The position numbers and the translations under genes are program-made. Positions 12,146-25,826 of a stretch of 64,000 nt of DNA are shown here, in pieces (positions within the stretch are counted from its first letter, which is position 1; each line of letters begins with the position of its first letter). The notes beneath the pieces are model-generated. The model worked only from the letters and a program-made list of their open reading frames with translations. It did no database searches and was not told the origin of the DNA. Source of the DNA: Malacoraja senta (lineage: Eukaryota); contig CM075997.1 in NCBI GenBank assembly GCA_038087875.1, forward strand, positions 6,760,001-6,824,000. Reading direction: 5' to 3'.

Positions 12146-12521
12146 ACGTTTTCATTTTCAATCCACATTAAGGGGACTCAAGGTCAGTAATACCACACTC
12201 ACAGATTAGTAGACATATGTTCAGTGTTATTCACAGCTCAGACTGAGATACGTGACCTTCTCGCTGCCCCATCTTGCAGAGACTGACTGAGGCACTCAAC
12301 ACTTCCGGTTTTATAGTCCCTTCGGAAGGGGCGTGGCCTACAGGAGAGAGAATCTCAACACTTTTTAAACACTAATAACTCTTTCATTTTTCATTCATGG
12401 GGAAAATCCTCCTTTCCTGCATAGCGGAGGGGGACTCTGAGTAAGATGGCCAAAACGCACAGCCGTAAGTGGCAGCGTTTATTCTAAAATCAATATACAG
12501 AGCAATAGGATGTGGTCAAGA

Positions 12522-12548
12522 TCATATATGCACACATAAATACACACA

Positions 12549-12631
<83 letters not shown>

Positions 12632-12675
12632 ACACATACACACCACACACACACACAGACACACACACACAAACA

Positions 12676-12746
<71 letters not shown>

Positions 12747-12781
12747 ACATACACACACACACACACACAGACACAGACACA

Positions 12782-12829
<48 letters not shown>

Positions 12830-12880
12830 TATATATACACACACACACACACATACCCATATATATATATATATATATCA
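12522..12880. repeat. (CA)n / (TA)n microsatellite
   Basis: Direct reading. Confidence 0.98.
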
Positions 12881-14130
12881 CATACAGGAGAGGTGCACGC
12901 GCAGATCCCTGCGGAATCGACCAGTTACAAATATCCAGCCACATTAACTACCTTCCACCACAGCTACCTGTCATATATGAATAAACGTACATCTTAATTT
13001 TCTGGTCGAATTTGCCGCAAGGGACAAGATCAAAGCATTGCTAAAATTCATGCACAAAACATCCACCAACCTACCTTCAGCAATCTCATATGGCACTTCC
13101 TCAAAAAAAATCAATCAATTTGATGGGACACGACCTGCCTCGTAAAAAGCCGCTGTGGCTGTCCATGATTCGGCAACACTCCTCCATAAGGGAATACATC
13201 CTCCCTCGATGGATTATCTCCAAGATTATCCCCAAGAATATCCCTACCACTGACGTGAGGCCCTCCAGCCTCTTGCATACACTGGATACTCCCAAATTCG
13301 TTGGATAATAAATGCAACAGCAATAACCACTCTCCAATACACTGGGACATCTACTGTACATAAAGAAGAAACACAGATCCTGGGCAAGGCTCTCGCATTC
13401 CCCTGCCTTGCTTCCCTCAACAACTGCGCGTAGATCCCATCTCGCCCTGAGACTTATCCACGTTAACGTTCCTTAAGACCCTTAGCGACGCTTCTTTCTC
13501 GCTCTCAACTTCCTTATCATATTTGTATTATCCACACCGATTTTCTTCGATAACAGGGATGTATTCAGCGATCATGGGCAGAGTCTTCGGTATTGAATGA
13601 TGTGCCTAAATGTGCAGAGATTTATTTTATTATGTGGATATTGAATCAAATCAAACTTGACAGATGTACATAGGCACTTTACTCGCGAAAACCATAAATT
13701 CTGATTAAAACTTGTAATCCAGGCCGACCGTATGATAGAGTTACGAAAGAGACAATGCAGATCCTTTCATTTACTGGAGTATTTTAAGTGAAAACTTTGG
13801 GTTGCTGTCAAGCATGATCGCTGGAAAGCAGCTAACCTGACCGGCAATGGAAATTTAAACCGTTTAGATCATACAGGTCTTATTTATGCTTCCATTTTTT
13901 GCAATGGGCCTTAAACATGAAAGAGTAATGATGTTGACCCGAGTTGCTCATCCTTTTATTGCTTCTATGTCCATTATGTTAGATGTACCGATGCCTGGAA
14001 TGGTTTCAATCACACTTGCCCCATTAACGTGCACCAGGGTCTATTCCAGTTTCAAGCTGATCCATGACCATTTGTTTCTATAGACCACGCTCCTCGCTCT
14101 CCGCGAATCGCCGTGTGGCTCACGCACTTA

Positions 14131-17100
14131 CATAGAAACCTAGAAACATAGAAACATAGAAAATAGGTGCAGGAGGAGGCCATTCGGCCCTTAGAGCCAG
14201 CACCGCCATTCATAGTGATCATGGCTGATCGTCCCCTATCAATAACCCGTGCCTGCCTTCTCCCCATATCCCTTGAATCCACTAGCCCCTAGAGCTCTAT
14301 CTAACTCTCTTTTAAATCCATCCAGTGACTTGGCCTGCACTGCCCTCTGTGGCAGGGAATTCCATAAATTCACAACTCTCCTGGTGGAAACGTTTTTTCT
14401 CACCTCATTCTTAAATGACCTCCCCTTTATTCGAAGACTGTGGCTCCTGGTTCTGGACTCGCCCAACACTGGGAACATTTTTCCTACATCCAGCTTGTCC
14501 AGTCCTTTTATAATTTTATATGTTTCTATAAGATGCCCCCTCATCCTTCTAAACTCCAGTGAATACAAGCCTAGTCTTTTTAATCTTTACTCATATGACA
14601 GTCCCGCCATCCCAGGGATCAATCTCGTGAACCTACGGTGCACTGCCTCAATCACATGGATGTCCTCCCTCAAATTAGGAGACCAAAACTGTACACAATA
14701 CTCCAGATGTGGTCTCACAAGAGCCCTATACAACTGCAGAAGAACCTCTTTACTCCTATACTGAAATCCTCTTGTTATGAAGGCCAACATTCCATTAGCT
14801 TTCTTCACTGCCTGCTGTACCTGCAAGCCAACTTTCAGTGACCGGTGTACAAGCATGCCCAGGTCTCGCTGCACCTCCCCCTTACCTAACCTAACCCCAT
14901 TGAGATAATAATCTGCTCCCTTGTTTTTGCCGCCAAAGTGGATAACCTCACATTTATCAACATTATACTGCATCTGCCACGCATCTGCCTACTCACTCAA
15001 CCTGTCCAGGTCACCCTGCAAACTCCTAACATTCTCTTCACAGTTCACACTGCCACCCAACTTTGTCTCATCCGCAAACTTGCTAGTGTTGCTCCTAATT
15101 CCCTCTTGCAAATCATTAATATATATGGCAAACAGTTGCGGCCCCAACACCGAGCCTTGCGGCACTCCACTCGCCACTGCCTGCCATTCTGAAAAGGACC
15201 CGTCCGCTCCTACGCTTTGCTTCCGGCTTGCCAACAAATTTTCTATCCATGTCAACACCCTACCCCCTATACCATGTGCTCTAATTTTAGTAACCAGTCT
15301 CCCGTGCGGGACCTTGTCAAAGGATTTCTGATTGTCTAGATACACTACATCCACTGGCACCCCTTCATCCATTTTACTTGTCACATCCTCAAATCATTCC
15401 AGATGATTAGTCAAGCATGATTTCCCTTTCATAAATCCACGTTGACTTGGACTAATCCTTTTACTGCTATCCAAATGCCCCATTATTACCTCTTAAATAA
15501 ATTGACTCCAGCATCTTTCCCACCACCGGTCAGGCTAACTGGTCTGTAATTCACCGTTTTCTCCCTCGCTCCTTTCTTGAATAGCTATCCTCCAATCCAC
15601 AGGAACTGATCCTGAATCTATTCAACATTGGAAAATGATCACCAATGCGTCCACTATTTCTAGAGCCACCTCCCTGAGGACCCTGGGATGCAGATCAGGT
15701 CCAGGGGATTTATCATCCTTCATTCCCAATAGCCTTCCCAATACTATTTCTCGCCTAATGAAAATTTCTTTCAGTTCCTCTACCACTCTGTCCTCCAGTA
15801 CTTATGGGAGATTGTTTGTGTCTTCCTCAGTGAAGACAGATCCGAAGTACCTATTGAACTCTTCTGCCATTTCCTTGTTTCCCATAACAATTTCACCCTT
15901 GTCTGCCTTCAAGGGGCACACATTTGACTTTGGTACTCTTTTTCCATTAACATATCTAAATAAGCTTTTGCTGTCTTTCTTTATAATCCTGGCCAGCTTC
16001 ATGTTTTCAGCACGTATTGCCCGTTTTGTTTCCTTCTGTTGTCCTATGAAATTTTCCCAATCCTCTGGTTTCCGGCTACTCTTTGCTGTGTTATATATCT
16101 TTTCTTTTCGTTTTATTCTATCCCTAACTTCTCTTGTCAGCTACGGTTGCCTCTTAGAATCTCTCTTCCTTTTTGGAATGAAATGCTCCTGCGTCTTCCG
16201 GATTATGCCCAGCAATTCCTGCCATTGCTGTTCCACCGTCATCCCTGCTAGGATCCCTTTCCAGTCTACCTTGACCAGCTCCTCTCTCATGCCTTCATAG
16301 TCCCCTTTGTTCAACTGCATCGCTGACACTTCCGATTTAATGTTCTCCTTCTCAAATTGCAGATTAAAACTAATCATATTATGATCACTACCTCCAAGCG
16401 GTTCCTTTACCTCGAGTTCTCTTATCATATCTGGTTCATTGGACAATTCCATCCCTCACCAGCAAAGCTACCCCGCCCCTTCTCTGCCCACCTGCCTGTC
16501 CTTTCTGTAGGATGTATAACCCTGAATATTAAGTTCCCAGGCCCGATCCTCCTGCAGCCACGTCTCAGTAATCCCCACAATATCATATCTACCAACCTCT
16601 AACTGAGCCTGAAGCTCATCTACTTTACTTCTTATACTTCGCGCATTCATATACAATACTTTTATTTCCTTACGCATCTCACCTTTCACATCGATCCACA
16701 TTATACTTGGCCATACTCTCCTATCCCTTTGTGAGCTTCCTTTCCCGTTAATTCTAGGGTCATTAACCATCCCTTTACTCTCTTTCCCTATAACTCCGTC
16801 CTCGACTATCCCATTTGACATTCCACCCCCCTTATTCAGTTTAAAACCACCCGTGTAGCAGTGGCAAACCTGCCTGCCAGAATGCTGGACCCCACCTGTT
16901 AAGGTGCAATCCGTCCCTTTTGTACAGTTTCCCCTTACTCCAAAACAGATCGCAGTGATCTAAGAAACTAAATCCCTGCCTCCTGCACCAAACCGGAGAT
17001 AACGACCCTGGAGGTCCTGCTTTTCAGCATTTTTCCGAGCTGTCTATAGTCACGCTGCAGAATATTCATCCCCTTCTATCCGACATCGTTTGTGCCGACA

Positions 17101-19860
17101 TGCACTACACTTCCGGCTGTTCACCTTCACCCTTGAGGCTTTTCTGCACTCTGTCCGTGACATCCTGGATCCTGGCACCAGGAAGGCAGCACACCATCCT
17201 CGAATCCCGTCTGTTCCCTCAGAAACACCTGTCCGTACCTCTCACAATGGAGTCTCCAACTACAATGGCGTTGCCTGACGTTGGCCTCTTCGGTTTTGGC
17301 TCAACAGCCCTTTTTGCTTCGCAAGCCAGTCCGCCGCTCAGTGTGATAACGTTTTCTGTCCCGACAGCTTCTAAGTGGGCGAACCTGTTCACAAGAGGAA
17401 GAACACCCGGGGACCTTTGCATTCCATGTTTCCCCCCCTTTCTCACCGTTACCCACCTTCTCGCTTCCAGTATCTTAGGTGTAACAATCTTACTGTAGGA
17501 CTTGTCGAGGAACGACTCAGATTCTCGGACGAACCTGAGGTCATCCACTTGCTTCTCCAGTTCCCCAACACGGTCCTTCAGGAACTGTGTTCAAGAAGGA
17601 ACTGCAGATGCTGGAAAATCGAAGGTACACAAAAATACTGGAGAAACTCAGCGGGTGCAGCAGCATCTATGGAGCGAAGGAAATAGGCACCGTTTCGGGC
17701 CGAAACCCTTCTTCAGACTGATAGGGGGTGGGGAGAAGAAAGGAAAAAAGGAAAAAGGCGGAGGAGGCGCCTGAGGGCTGGGGGAGGGGAGGAGACAACC
17801 AGAGGGCTGATGAAGGGGAGGGGACAGCAAGGGCTAGCAGAATTGGGAGAATTCAATGTTCAAGCCCCCAGGATGTAGACTGCCCAAGCGGAATATGAGG
17901 TGCATTTCCTCCAATTTACGGTGTTGCTCCCTGTGACCATGGAGGAGACCCAGGACAGAGAGGTCAGATACGGAATGGGAGGGGGAGTTGAAGTGCTGAG
18001 CCACCGGGAGGTCAAGTTGGTTATTGCGGACCGACCGGAGGTGTTCGGCGAAACAATCGCCAAGCCTCCGCTTGGTCTCACCGATGTAGATCAGCTGGCA
18101 TCTAGAGCAGCGGATGCAATAGATGAGGTTGGAGGAGATGCAGGTGAACCTCTGTCGCACCTGGAACAACTGCTTGGGTCCTTGAATGGAGTCGAGGGGG
18201 GAGGTGAAGGGACAAGTGTTGCATCTCTTGCGGTTGCAAGGAAAAGTACCAGGGGAGGGGGTGGTATGGGAGGGAAGGGAAGAATTGACAAGGGAGTTAC
18301 GGAGGGAGCGGTCTTTGCGGAAGGCAGACATGGGGGGAGATGGGAAGATGTGGCGAGTGGTGGGGTCACGTTGGAGGTGGCGAAACTGACGGAGGATCAC
18401 TTGTTGTATGTGACGGCTGGTGGGGGGAATTCTGATTGTTTTGGTGCCACATCCTGCACCCACACACAACTGACTGACTTCATCCGCTTCACCACCAACT
18501 TCCATCCGGCACTCAAATACACCTGGACCATTTCCGACACTTCCCTACCATTCCTTGACCTCATTATCTCCATCGAAGGTGATAGACTCCTTACCGACAT
18601 CCACTACAAACCCACCGACTCCCATGGGTATCTGGACTACACTTCTTCCCACCCTGCTTCCTGTAGGGACTCCATCCCCCACTCCCAATTCCTCCGTCTA
18701 CGCCGCATCTGCTCCCAGGATGAGGCGTTCCACACCAGGGCATCTGAAATGTCCTCATTCTTCAGGGAACGGGGGTTCCCCTCCTCCACCATAGATGGGG
18801 CTCGCACCAGGGTCTCTGACATACCCCGCAACACTGCTCTCTCTCCCCATCCCCCCACTCACAACAAGGGCAGAGTCAACCTAGTCCTCACCATTCACCC
18901 CACCAGCCGTCACATACAACAAGTGATCCTCCGTCAGTTTCGCCACCTCCAACGTGACCCCACCAGGTGCAGGTGCGACAGAGGTTCACCTGCATCTCCT
19001 CCAACCTCATCTATTGCATCCGCTGCTCTAGATGCCAGCTGATCTACATCGGTGAGACCAAGCGGAGGCTTGGCGATCGTTTCGCCGAACACCTCCGGTC
19101 GGTCCTCAATAACCAACTTGACCTCCCGGTGGCTCAACACTTCAACTCTCCCTCCCATTCCGTATCTGACCTCTCTGTCCTGGGTCTCCTCCATGACCAC
19201 AGCGAGCAACACCGTAAATTGGAGGAAATTCACCTCAAATTCCGCTTGGGCAATCTACATCCTGGGGGCTTGAACATTGAATTCTCCCAATTCTGCTATC
19301 CCTTGCTGTCCCTTCCCCTTCATCAGCCCTCTGGTTGTCTCCTCCCCTCCCCCAGCCCTCAGGCTCCTCCTCCGCCTTTTTCCTTTTTTCCTTTCTTCTT
19401 CCCACCCCCTATCAGTCTGAAGAAGGGTTTCGGCCCGAAACGTTGCCTATTTCCTTCGCTCCATAGATGCTGCTGCACCCGCTGAGTTTCTCCAGCATTT
19501 TTGTGTACCTTCAGGAACTGTACCTGGATGCACTTCTCACATTTGTAACAGCCAGAGGCACGAGCAGTGCCCTTGACCTCCCACATACTGCAAGCATCAC
19601 ACTGAATCAGCTTGCTTGACATCTCCTTCTTTCGTCTCTCCCTTTCCAGCGTTTTGCGTATCCTCCTCTCCTCAGCCTCCTCGCCGAAGACTCTCGAGCC
19701 AAAGACTCGCACGTTTCCTCCAGGGCACTTCCCTCACAAGGCCGCTCCCTCACTGCCGCTCCCTAAGAGCCGTCCTGCTTATATTGACTGATAAATGGCC
19801 TAATTTATCAATTTACAAACCAAATTCCTCCGTTTTCAACTGTTTTCCCTCACTTCTTAG
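14131..19860 (-). mobile_element. Near full-length CR1 LINE (ORF1 + ORF2, disrupted), interrupted by Penelope at 17589-19507
   Basis: (CATAGAAA)n tail at 14131. RT motifs SGVPQGSVLGPQLF and KFADETK (14989-15384). APE motifs YMNARSI, GITETW and GSDHNMI (16141-16821). ORF1 SGNH-esterase-like IVVGDSIVRG (17219-17548) and a Cys-rich IQCDACSMW..CEKC (~19520-19620). Multiple frameshifts; the 5' boundary is approximate. Confidence 0.9.
17589..19507. mobile_element. Penelope-like element with inverted partial copy (minus 17589-~18425, plus ~18433-19507), 14-bp TSD
   Basis: RT C-terminal LPFLDL...YKPTDSHGYLDYTSSHP and GIY-YIG LIYCIRC..LIYIGETKRRLGDRFAEH are present. The TSD CCTTCAGGAACTGT is at 17575-17588 and 19508-19521. 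Confidence 0.9.
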
Positions 19861-21162
19861 ACCACAGACATTCATATCCGAATAATTTGTATATTCCATA
19901 AACCACAAACGTCCCAAGATCTGTACCTGCAGTGTGCTACTGCTTACAGACTGACATCAAATTAGTGTTGGATCCAGCTCATCAAAATGCCATGAATCCA
20001 TTGTGCCTTAAACATCACGATAAGACAGACCTTGCCAAATGCTGAGCTAATGAAAATACATATCATGTATAATGTTTTCCGTTCATTAATTTTCTTGGTA
20101 CCCTTCTTAAATAAGTTAATTGAGAATAGCGAGGTACTACACCCAATCAGCTCACGACACACCTAATTAATTGCTCTTCCTTGCGACATTTAAACATTCG
20201 TGTCCCTGATATGTTATGTTCACGAGTGAGGCTCATATTCCTGTCATTTCCTGGATTATCGCTACCCCCCTTCAAGAAAATGCGAACAACGTTGCGTACA
20301 TTCCACCGTGTGCTGATAGGAACATTTTGAATTATCTGTAATCTGGATGGCAGGGGTCCTTCCATGTTCACCTTTTACCCTCCCTGTTACTCTCTGTAGA
20401 TCGCTGACGTCGATTGTCCCCAATAACTCATTGTATATCAGCTTCCTGTACGTTATATACGTTTCTTTCTTTCGTTTGTGATCATCGAACACTGAATTAA
20501 TTAATTAAATCAAGTTCCCTGTTCATACCATCTTCCGGTCCTTCGCATACGGGCATATGGAGACTATGAACTATTGCTATTTGGTTTTCAGATGTGTCTC
20601 ACTAATCCGGTGTTGTGTTTACCATCTAACAACTGCTATATTATTAATTTCGTCAGGTTATATCATCCGGTTTCAGAGAATGTGGGAGAACTCGTCAACA
20701 CGAATGCAAAAATAAATTACGCCTGAGGAAGGGATGCGTAATTTAGGTTTTAGAAATTAATAGAAGTTCAAATGGAGAAAATATGTTTATCTTCATTGTG
20801 AGACAAGAACGGGGTCAAGGGCAGCCCATGGCATATCTCTACACACAAAGAGCCAAATTAAAGTAAAAATCTTGCGGAGCTGCAGTTCACATTATCTCTC
20901 GGCTAGAATTATAACCTCGCGAAGATACTTATTTTGTTTAAGGGGAATCTGTGTGCATCGTTCATCGCTGCCATGAAAGAAGGGATGTTAAGGCACTATT
21001 TGTCGCTGCGAAGATTTAGTTTTTGTTGAGATGGTAATAACGAGAGGCTACATACTGGACGCCGATTCTCAATTGCTCATAGTAGATTGGAGACTCCGCC
21101 ATCAGTCTTGGATTGACCGGGCGATGATAGTGGTTTTGTACTGTCAGCTGTGTGTCCACTCT

Positions 21163-24100
21163 TCATCATCATCGGCCGTCACTCGAAACTAATATGACCG
21201 TTCTCTCCATTAGGTCGTCTACTTCTGGGTCTGCAGATGTCTGTTGAGGCCGATCCGTGATTCACACACATTGGTGCAACCTGGGCAGTGGAGACTGGCG
21301 GCGGTTGGTAGTCGTCGAGCCCCCTTCTCTGTCTCCTTACGGTGCTGTCGCTTTGTCGCTGTGACGCGGCATAGTTTCATTTCGTGAAGTGCAGCTTCTT
21401 CCTGCACGGATTTCCTCCAGGAGCAATGCAATTCCTCCAGGAGTCCAGTGCAATGTGCTCCAGTAGCTCGATGTGATGCGGAATTTCTTCAGACTGTTCT
21501 TGATGTTGTCCTTGAAGCGTTTCTTTGGCCCGCCGGGGGCTCGCCGACCTTCCTTCAGTTAAGAGTACAGGATTTGTTTAGGGAGAAGTGTGTTGGACAT
21601 GCGGATGACATGGTCAGTCCATCGAAGTTAGTGCTGTATTATTGTGGTGGTGATGCTGGTCATGTTGGCTTCCTCCAAAACGCTGACGTTGGTGCGTTTG
21701 TTCTCCCAGCTGATACTCAGAATCTTCCATCAGGATCTTTGATGGTATTGTTCCACGGCTTTCAGTTGCCTGCTGTAGGTGGTCCATGACTCGTCTCCAT
21801 ACAACAGAGTGGGAAGGAGAACGGCTCTGTAGACCGGCAGTTTTGTTTTAGCCTTTAGGTCTCGGTCTTCAAGGAATCTTTTCCCGAGCCTGGCGTAGGC
21901 TCCGCTGACACGTCAGGCGATGGTTGACCTCACAGTCGATGTCAGGTTTTGTGGAAAGAATGCTGCCAAGGTAGGGGAAGTGGTCAATGTTTTTAAGAGT
22001 GGTGTCGTCCGCTTTTATAGTGGACTGGGTAGACGGCTGGTTGGGTGGAGGTTGATGTAGGGCCTGGGTCTTCTTGATATTTAAGGCTAGGGCCATGGCT
22101 CTGTATGCCTTGGCAAAGTCATTCAGGATGCCCGGGAGGTCTTCTGCAGAATGTGCTGCAATGGCGCAGTTGTCCGCGTACTGAAACTCCATGATGGCGG
22201 TGTTACTGACTTTGCTCTTGTGTTTTAACCTATTAAGGTTGAAGAGCCCACCGTCAGTTCTGTAGAGGACGGGGGTCCACTGTGGCAGCACATCACCAAT
22301 GAGATGAATTATGGCAGCAATGAAGACGGAAAACAGTATGGGTGCGATGATGCATCCCTGCTTGACCCCCGTTTCCACAGTGAAGGGTTCGGACTCAGAG
22401 CCGCAGTTGTTGAACACTCTGACCGTCATGCCATCATGTAGAAGCCTCAATATTCTGATGTACCTGTTGTTATAACTGTACCTTGATAGTATGCTCCAAA
22501 GAACCTGACGGTCCACCGAGTCAAAAGCCTTTGTCAGGTCTATGAAGGCCACGTACAAAGGCTGCCTTTGTTCACGGCATTTTTCCTGGAGTTGGCGTGC
22601 TCTGAATATCATGTCTGCTGCACCTCTGGATGGAAGGAAGTAGCACTGTGATTCTGGAAGTACCTCCTCTGACAGTGGTAGAAGTCTGTTTGCGAGGACA
22701 CGAGCTAGGACTGTGCCTGTTGTTGACAGGAGCGAGATGCCCTTGTAGTTTCCACATTCAGCCTTGTCCCCTTTCTTGAAAATGGCCACTATTGGAGCAT
22801 TCCTGAGTTCTGAGGGAAGTTCTTATTTTTCCCCGGCCTTGAGGAGTAGGGTGTGGATGTGGTACAGGAGCTCCGGTCCACCTTCCTTTAAGATCTCAGC
22901 TGGAATCCCAACTGAACCGGTGGCCTTGTTGTTCTTAAGGCTCTTGATGGCAACTTCAACCTCTGTCATAGTGTGAGATTCTTGCATGTCTTCTCTGATG
23001 GGACTGGGCGTTGCGGTGTGTAATGTCTGCTTCAGTTGTGCTGTCACGGTTGAGGAGTACCTGGAAGTGCTCTTTCCATCTGCCGTTAAATGGACTCATT
23101 GTCTTTCAGCAGTTCGTGTCCGTCTTATAGATACATATAGATACATAGAAAATAGGTGCAGGAGTAGGCCATTCGGCCCTTCGAGCCTGCACCGTCATTC
23201 AATATGATCATTGCTGATCATCCAACTCAGTATCCCGTACCTGCCTTCTCTCCATACCCCCTGATCCCTTTAGCCACAAGCGCCACATCTAACTCCCTCT
23301 TAAATATAGCCAATGAACTGGCCTCAACTACCCTCTGTGGCAGAGAGTTCCAGAGATTCACCACTCTCTGTGTGAAAAGGTTTTTTCTCATCTCGGTCTT
23401 AAAGGATTTCCCCCTTATCCTTAAGCTGTGACCCCTTGTCCTGGACTTCACCAACATCGGGAACAATCTTCCTGCATCTAGCCTGTCCAATCCCATAAGA
23501 ATTTTGTAAGTTTCTATAAGATCCCCTCTCAATCTCCAAAATTCTAGCGAGTATAAGCCGAGTCTATCCAGTCTTTCTTCATATGAAAGTCCTGACATCC
23601 CAGGAATCAGTCTGGTGAACCTTCTCTGCACTCCCTCTATGGCTATGACGTCCTTCCTCAGATTTGGAGACCAAAACTGTACGCAATACTCTAGGTGTGG
23701 TCTCACCAAGACCCTGTACAACTGCAGTAGAACCCCCCTGCTCCTATACTCAAATCCTTTTGCTATGAAAGCTAACTTACCATTCGCTTTCTTCACTGCC
23801 TGCTGCACCTGCATGCCTACTTTCAATGACTGGTGTACCATGACACCCAGGTCTCGCTGCATCTCCCCTTTTCCTAATCGCAGGGGGGTTAAACCGCGGT
23901 AGCTTGGACCACGGACGGCCTTAGTATCGCTGAAGAAGCCTATGATATCTCCCGAGCGTGCTAGTCTCTGGATTTCAAGAGCCTTATCTGCCCACCAAAC
24001 CTTCTTAAGCTCCCTCATCCAGCTCTGGACGTCCGCCTTGGCTCTGGAGTGAGCCGCTCTTTTAGCCTTGTAGCCATCATTATGCCAGGCACGAAAGGCT

Positions 24101-25826
24101 TTTATTTTCTTGGAGATGAACTGTTCTATCTTTGTGTCGTTCTCGTCAAACCAGTCCAGATGTTTTCTAGACTTGCACACAATGATGTTTTTACACGTAT
24201 CAAGGACGGTGGATTTGAGCCGGCTCCAGTGCCCTTCAATATCATCAGGATATTACTATTGGAGGCTTTCCCCAAGAGAAGCCTGAAATCGCTGCTGGAT
24301 GGCAGTTTCCACCAGGCTTTCAAGGTTTAGCCTTGGACTTATCTGCTTCGTTTGAATTCTCCTCTTACTCTTTAGTTTGATGGACATCATGGAGCGGATG
24401 AGGCGATGCATCGATCATGGTCGTTGTGATGTTCACGTCATGGCGTCCCTGGCTCCTACAATGACATAGCCAATTAGATGCCACTGTTTGGAGCGTGGGC
24501 GTCTCCAAGATGCCTTTAGTTTGTTTTTCTGAAGAAAGAGGGTGTTAGTGATGATGAGGTCGTGCTGAGCACATTTGCTGAGAAGCAGAGCTCCATTGGA
24601 GTTTATGTTCCCGATGCTTTCCTTTCTTATGTTACCCTTCCAGAGGTGTTGGACCTGGCCGACTCTGGCGTTGAAGTCTACTAGGAAAATCATGTTATCC
24701 TCCCTGGGGATTTTAGACAGTGTCTCGTCCAAGCAGGCGTAGAAAGTCTATTTTACTTCCTTTTCAGAGTCTAAACTAAGGGCATAGGCACTCATAGCTG
24801 TTGCCATCTGGTTGTTGGCAAGCACTAGACGGATGGTCATGAGACGCTCACTGATTCCCACAGGAAGTTCAGAGTTGCGGCTGATGAGCTGGTTCCTGAT
24901 GGCAAACCCAACATCATGGATCCTGGGCTCATCAGCAGCTTTTCATTCCCAGAAGGAAGTGTAGCTACCCTCACCTCCTTCAGTTGTCCTTTGTCTGCCC
25001 GCCGGGTTTCAGAAAGGGCAGCTATTCAATCCGTAATTTTCACAGTTCTCTTGCGATGATCGCGGTTCTCCAATCTGGTCTGTTGCAGTATCCATCAATG
25101 TGCGCCTTTCCATGCTCCAAATTTCATATTCATATTTCCGTGTTTCTGACCGCGTATGGTGATACCTCTGGACGCGGTAATCCAGTCGGTAAGTTTGAGG
25201 CAGGCTATTTATAGGGCACCTTTTGCAGCCCTTTCCCCAAGTGGAGTGAGCAGAGTGGATCCTAAAGAGGACTGCTCGGTCGTGGGTGCAGCTGCCGAAT
25301 GGCTCTTCTGCCTCGTTCCAAGAATCCAGCGACTGAATCATGCACCCGCCGCCTGATGTGCCAGCTCATGACTAGGGGTTCCAGATCTCACAATCCTGCC
25401 CCCGTCGCCATTTGCTGATACCCATAGAACTTAATCCAGGGTGTTAGGTGGATTCGCTATATGGAGGACGCCTGTTCGTTGCTTTGCTTAACGTGGGGAG
25501 ACTGGTGCACAGAAAACCACCACGCGATTCTTGACAGATCTGTGTCAGGACCCAGTGGCATGGAGTCCAAGACGACCGGAGAGCCTTTTCGGCTGCAGCC
25601 TTCATCCGCTTTCCCAGCCGTTGTGACGCTCCACTAAAGTGTCATATCATCCTCAGCCTGTTCCACCGTTGAGGTCTTGGTTGGATTGCTCTTTGTCTGA
25701 GACCTCCCCCTCGACCTTACTGCCTTGGGTGACCCTACCAGGAGCATAGCCCCAGACGGCATCGCTCTCAGGATCTCAGGACCAAACACGCTTCTCCACC
25801 ACGACAAGGTGACCACCCACGGAGAA
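21163..25826 (-). mobile_element. Full-length but disrupted RTE-clade LINE with 13-bp TSD
   Basis: RT motifs YVAFIDLTKAFDSV, GVKQGCIIAPILF and FQYADNC (21869-22789). APE motifs DFNARVG and ITNTLF (24433-24732). (GAT)n tail. The TSD GTGTGTCC(A/G)CTCT is at 21150-21162 and 25827-25839. Confidence 0.9.
23127..23880 (-). mobile_element. CR1 3' fragment nested in the RTE
   Basis: LGKGEMQRDLGV...LVRPHLEYCVQFWSP...KAGTGY* plus a CR1 tail. The RTE reading GLTPLR...DGHELLKD resumes across it. Confidence 0.9.

Larger units (their letters stand above)
10835..12521 (-). mobile_element. Non-autonomous Helitron-like element (copy A)
   Basis: The minus-strand 3' end is GGGATCC-AAC-GGGTTCC (hairpin)-ACTTAGT-CTAG, the same terminus as 40822-40849. 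The 5' region shares GATCTTGACCAC(A/T)TCC and the AAGATGGCC block with the copy ending at 62730. The 5' module is internally duplicated (~11540-11895 and ~12190-12521). Confidence 0.7.
9480..13520 (-). mobile_element. Old degenerate CR1 LINE, split by an L1 fragment and a Helitron-like insertion
   Basis: Minus-strand peptides include QLYRT...HYCLHFLSPQYRKDVGRLERMQGRF (9719-9904) and DSHSGFLRGRSCPIKLIDFF (13101-13361). The sequence is continuous across the 10109-10557 and ~10680-12870 insertions. Confidence 0.65.

Noticed and set aside
12469..12997. HT/CV-repeat ORFs on both strands
   Set aside because: Translation of the (CA)n microsatellite.
17900..19042. 380-aa ORF
   Set aside because: Antisense Penelope sequence reading through the inversion junction into sense RT; not a gene.
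23227..24180. 317-aa ORF looking like a novel fusion protein
   Set aside because: Chance in-frame junction of RTE ORF2 and a nested CR1 fragment.
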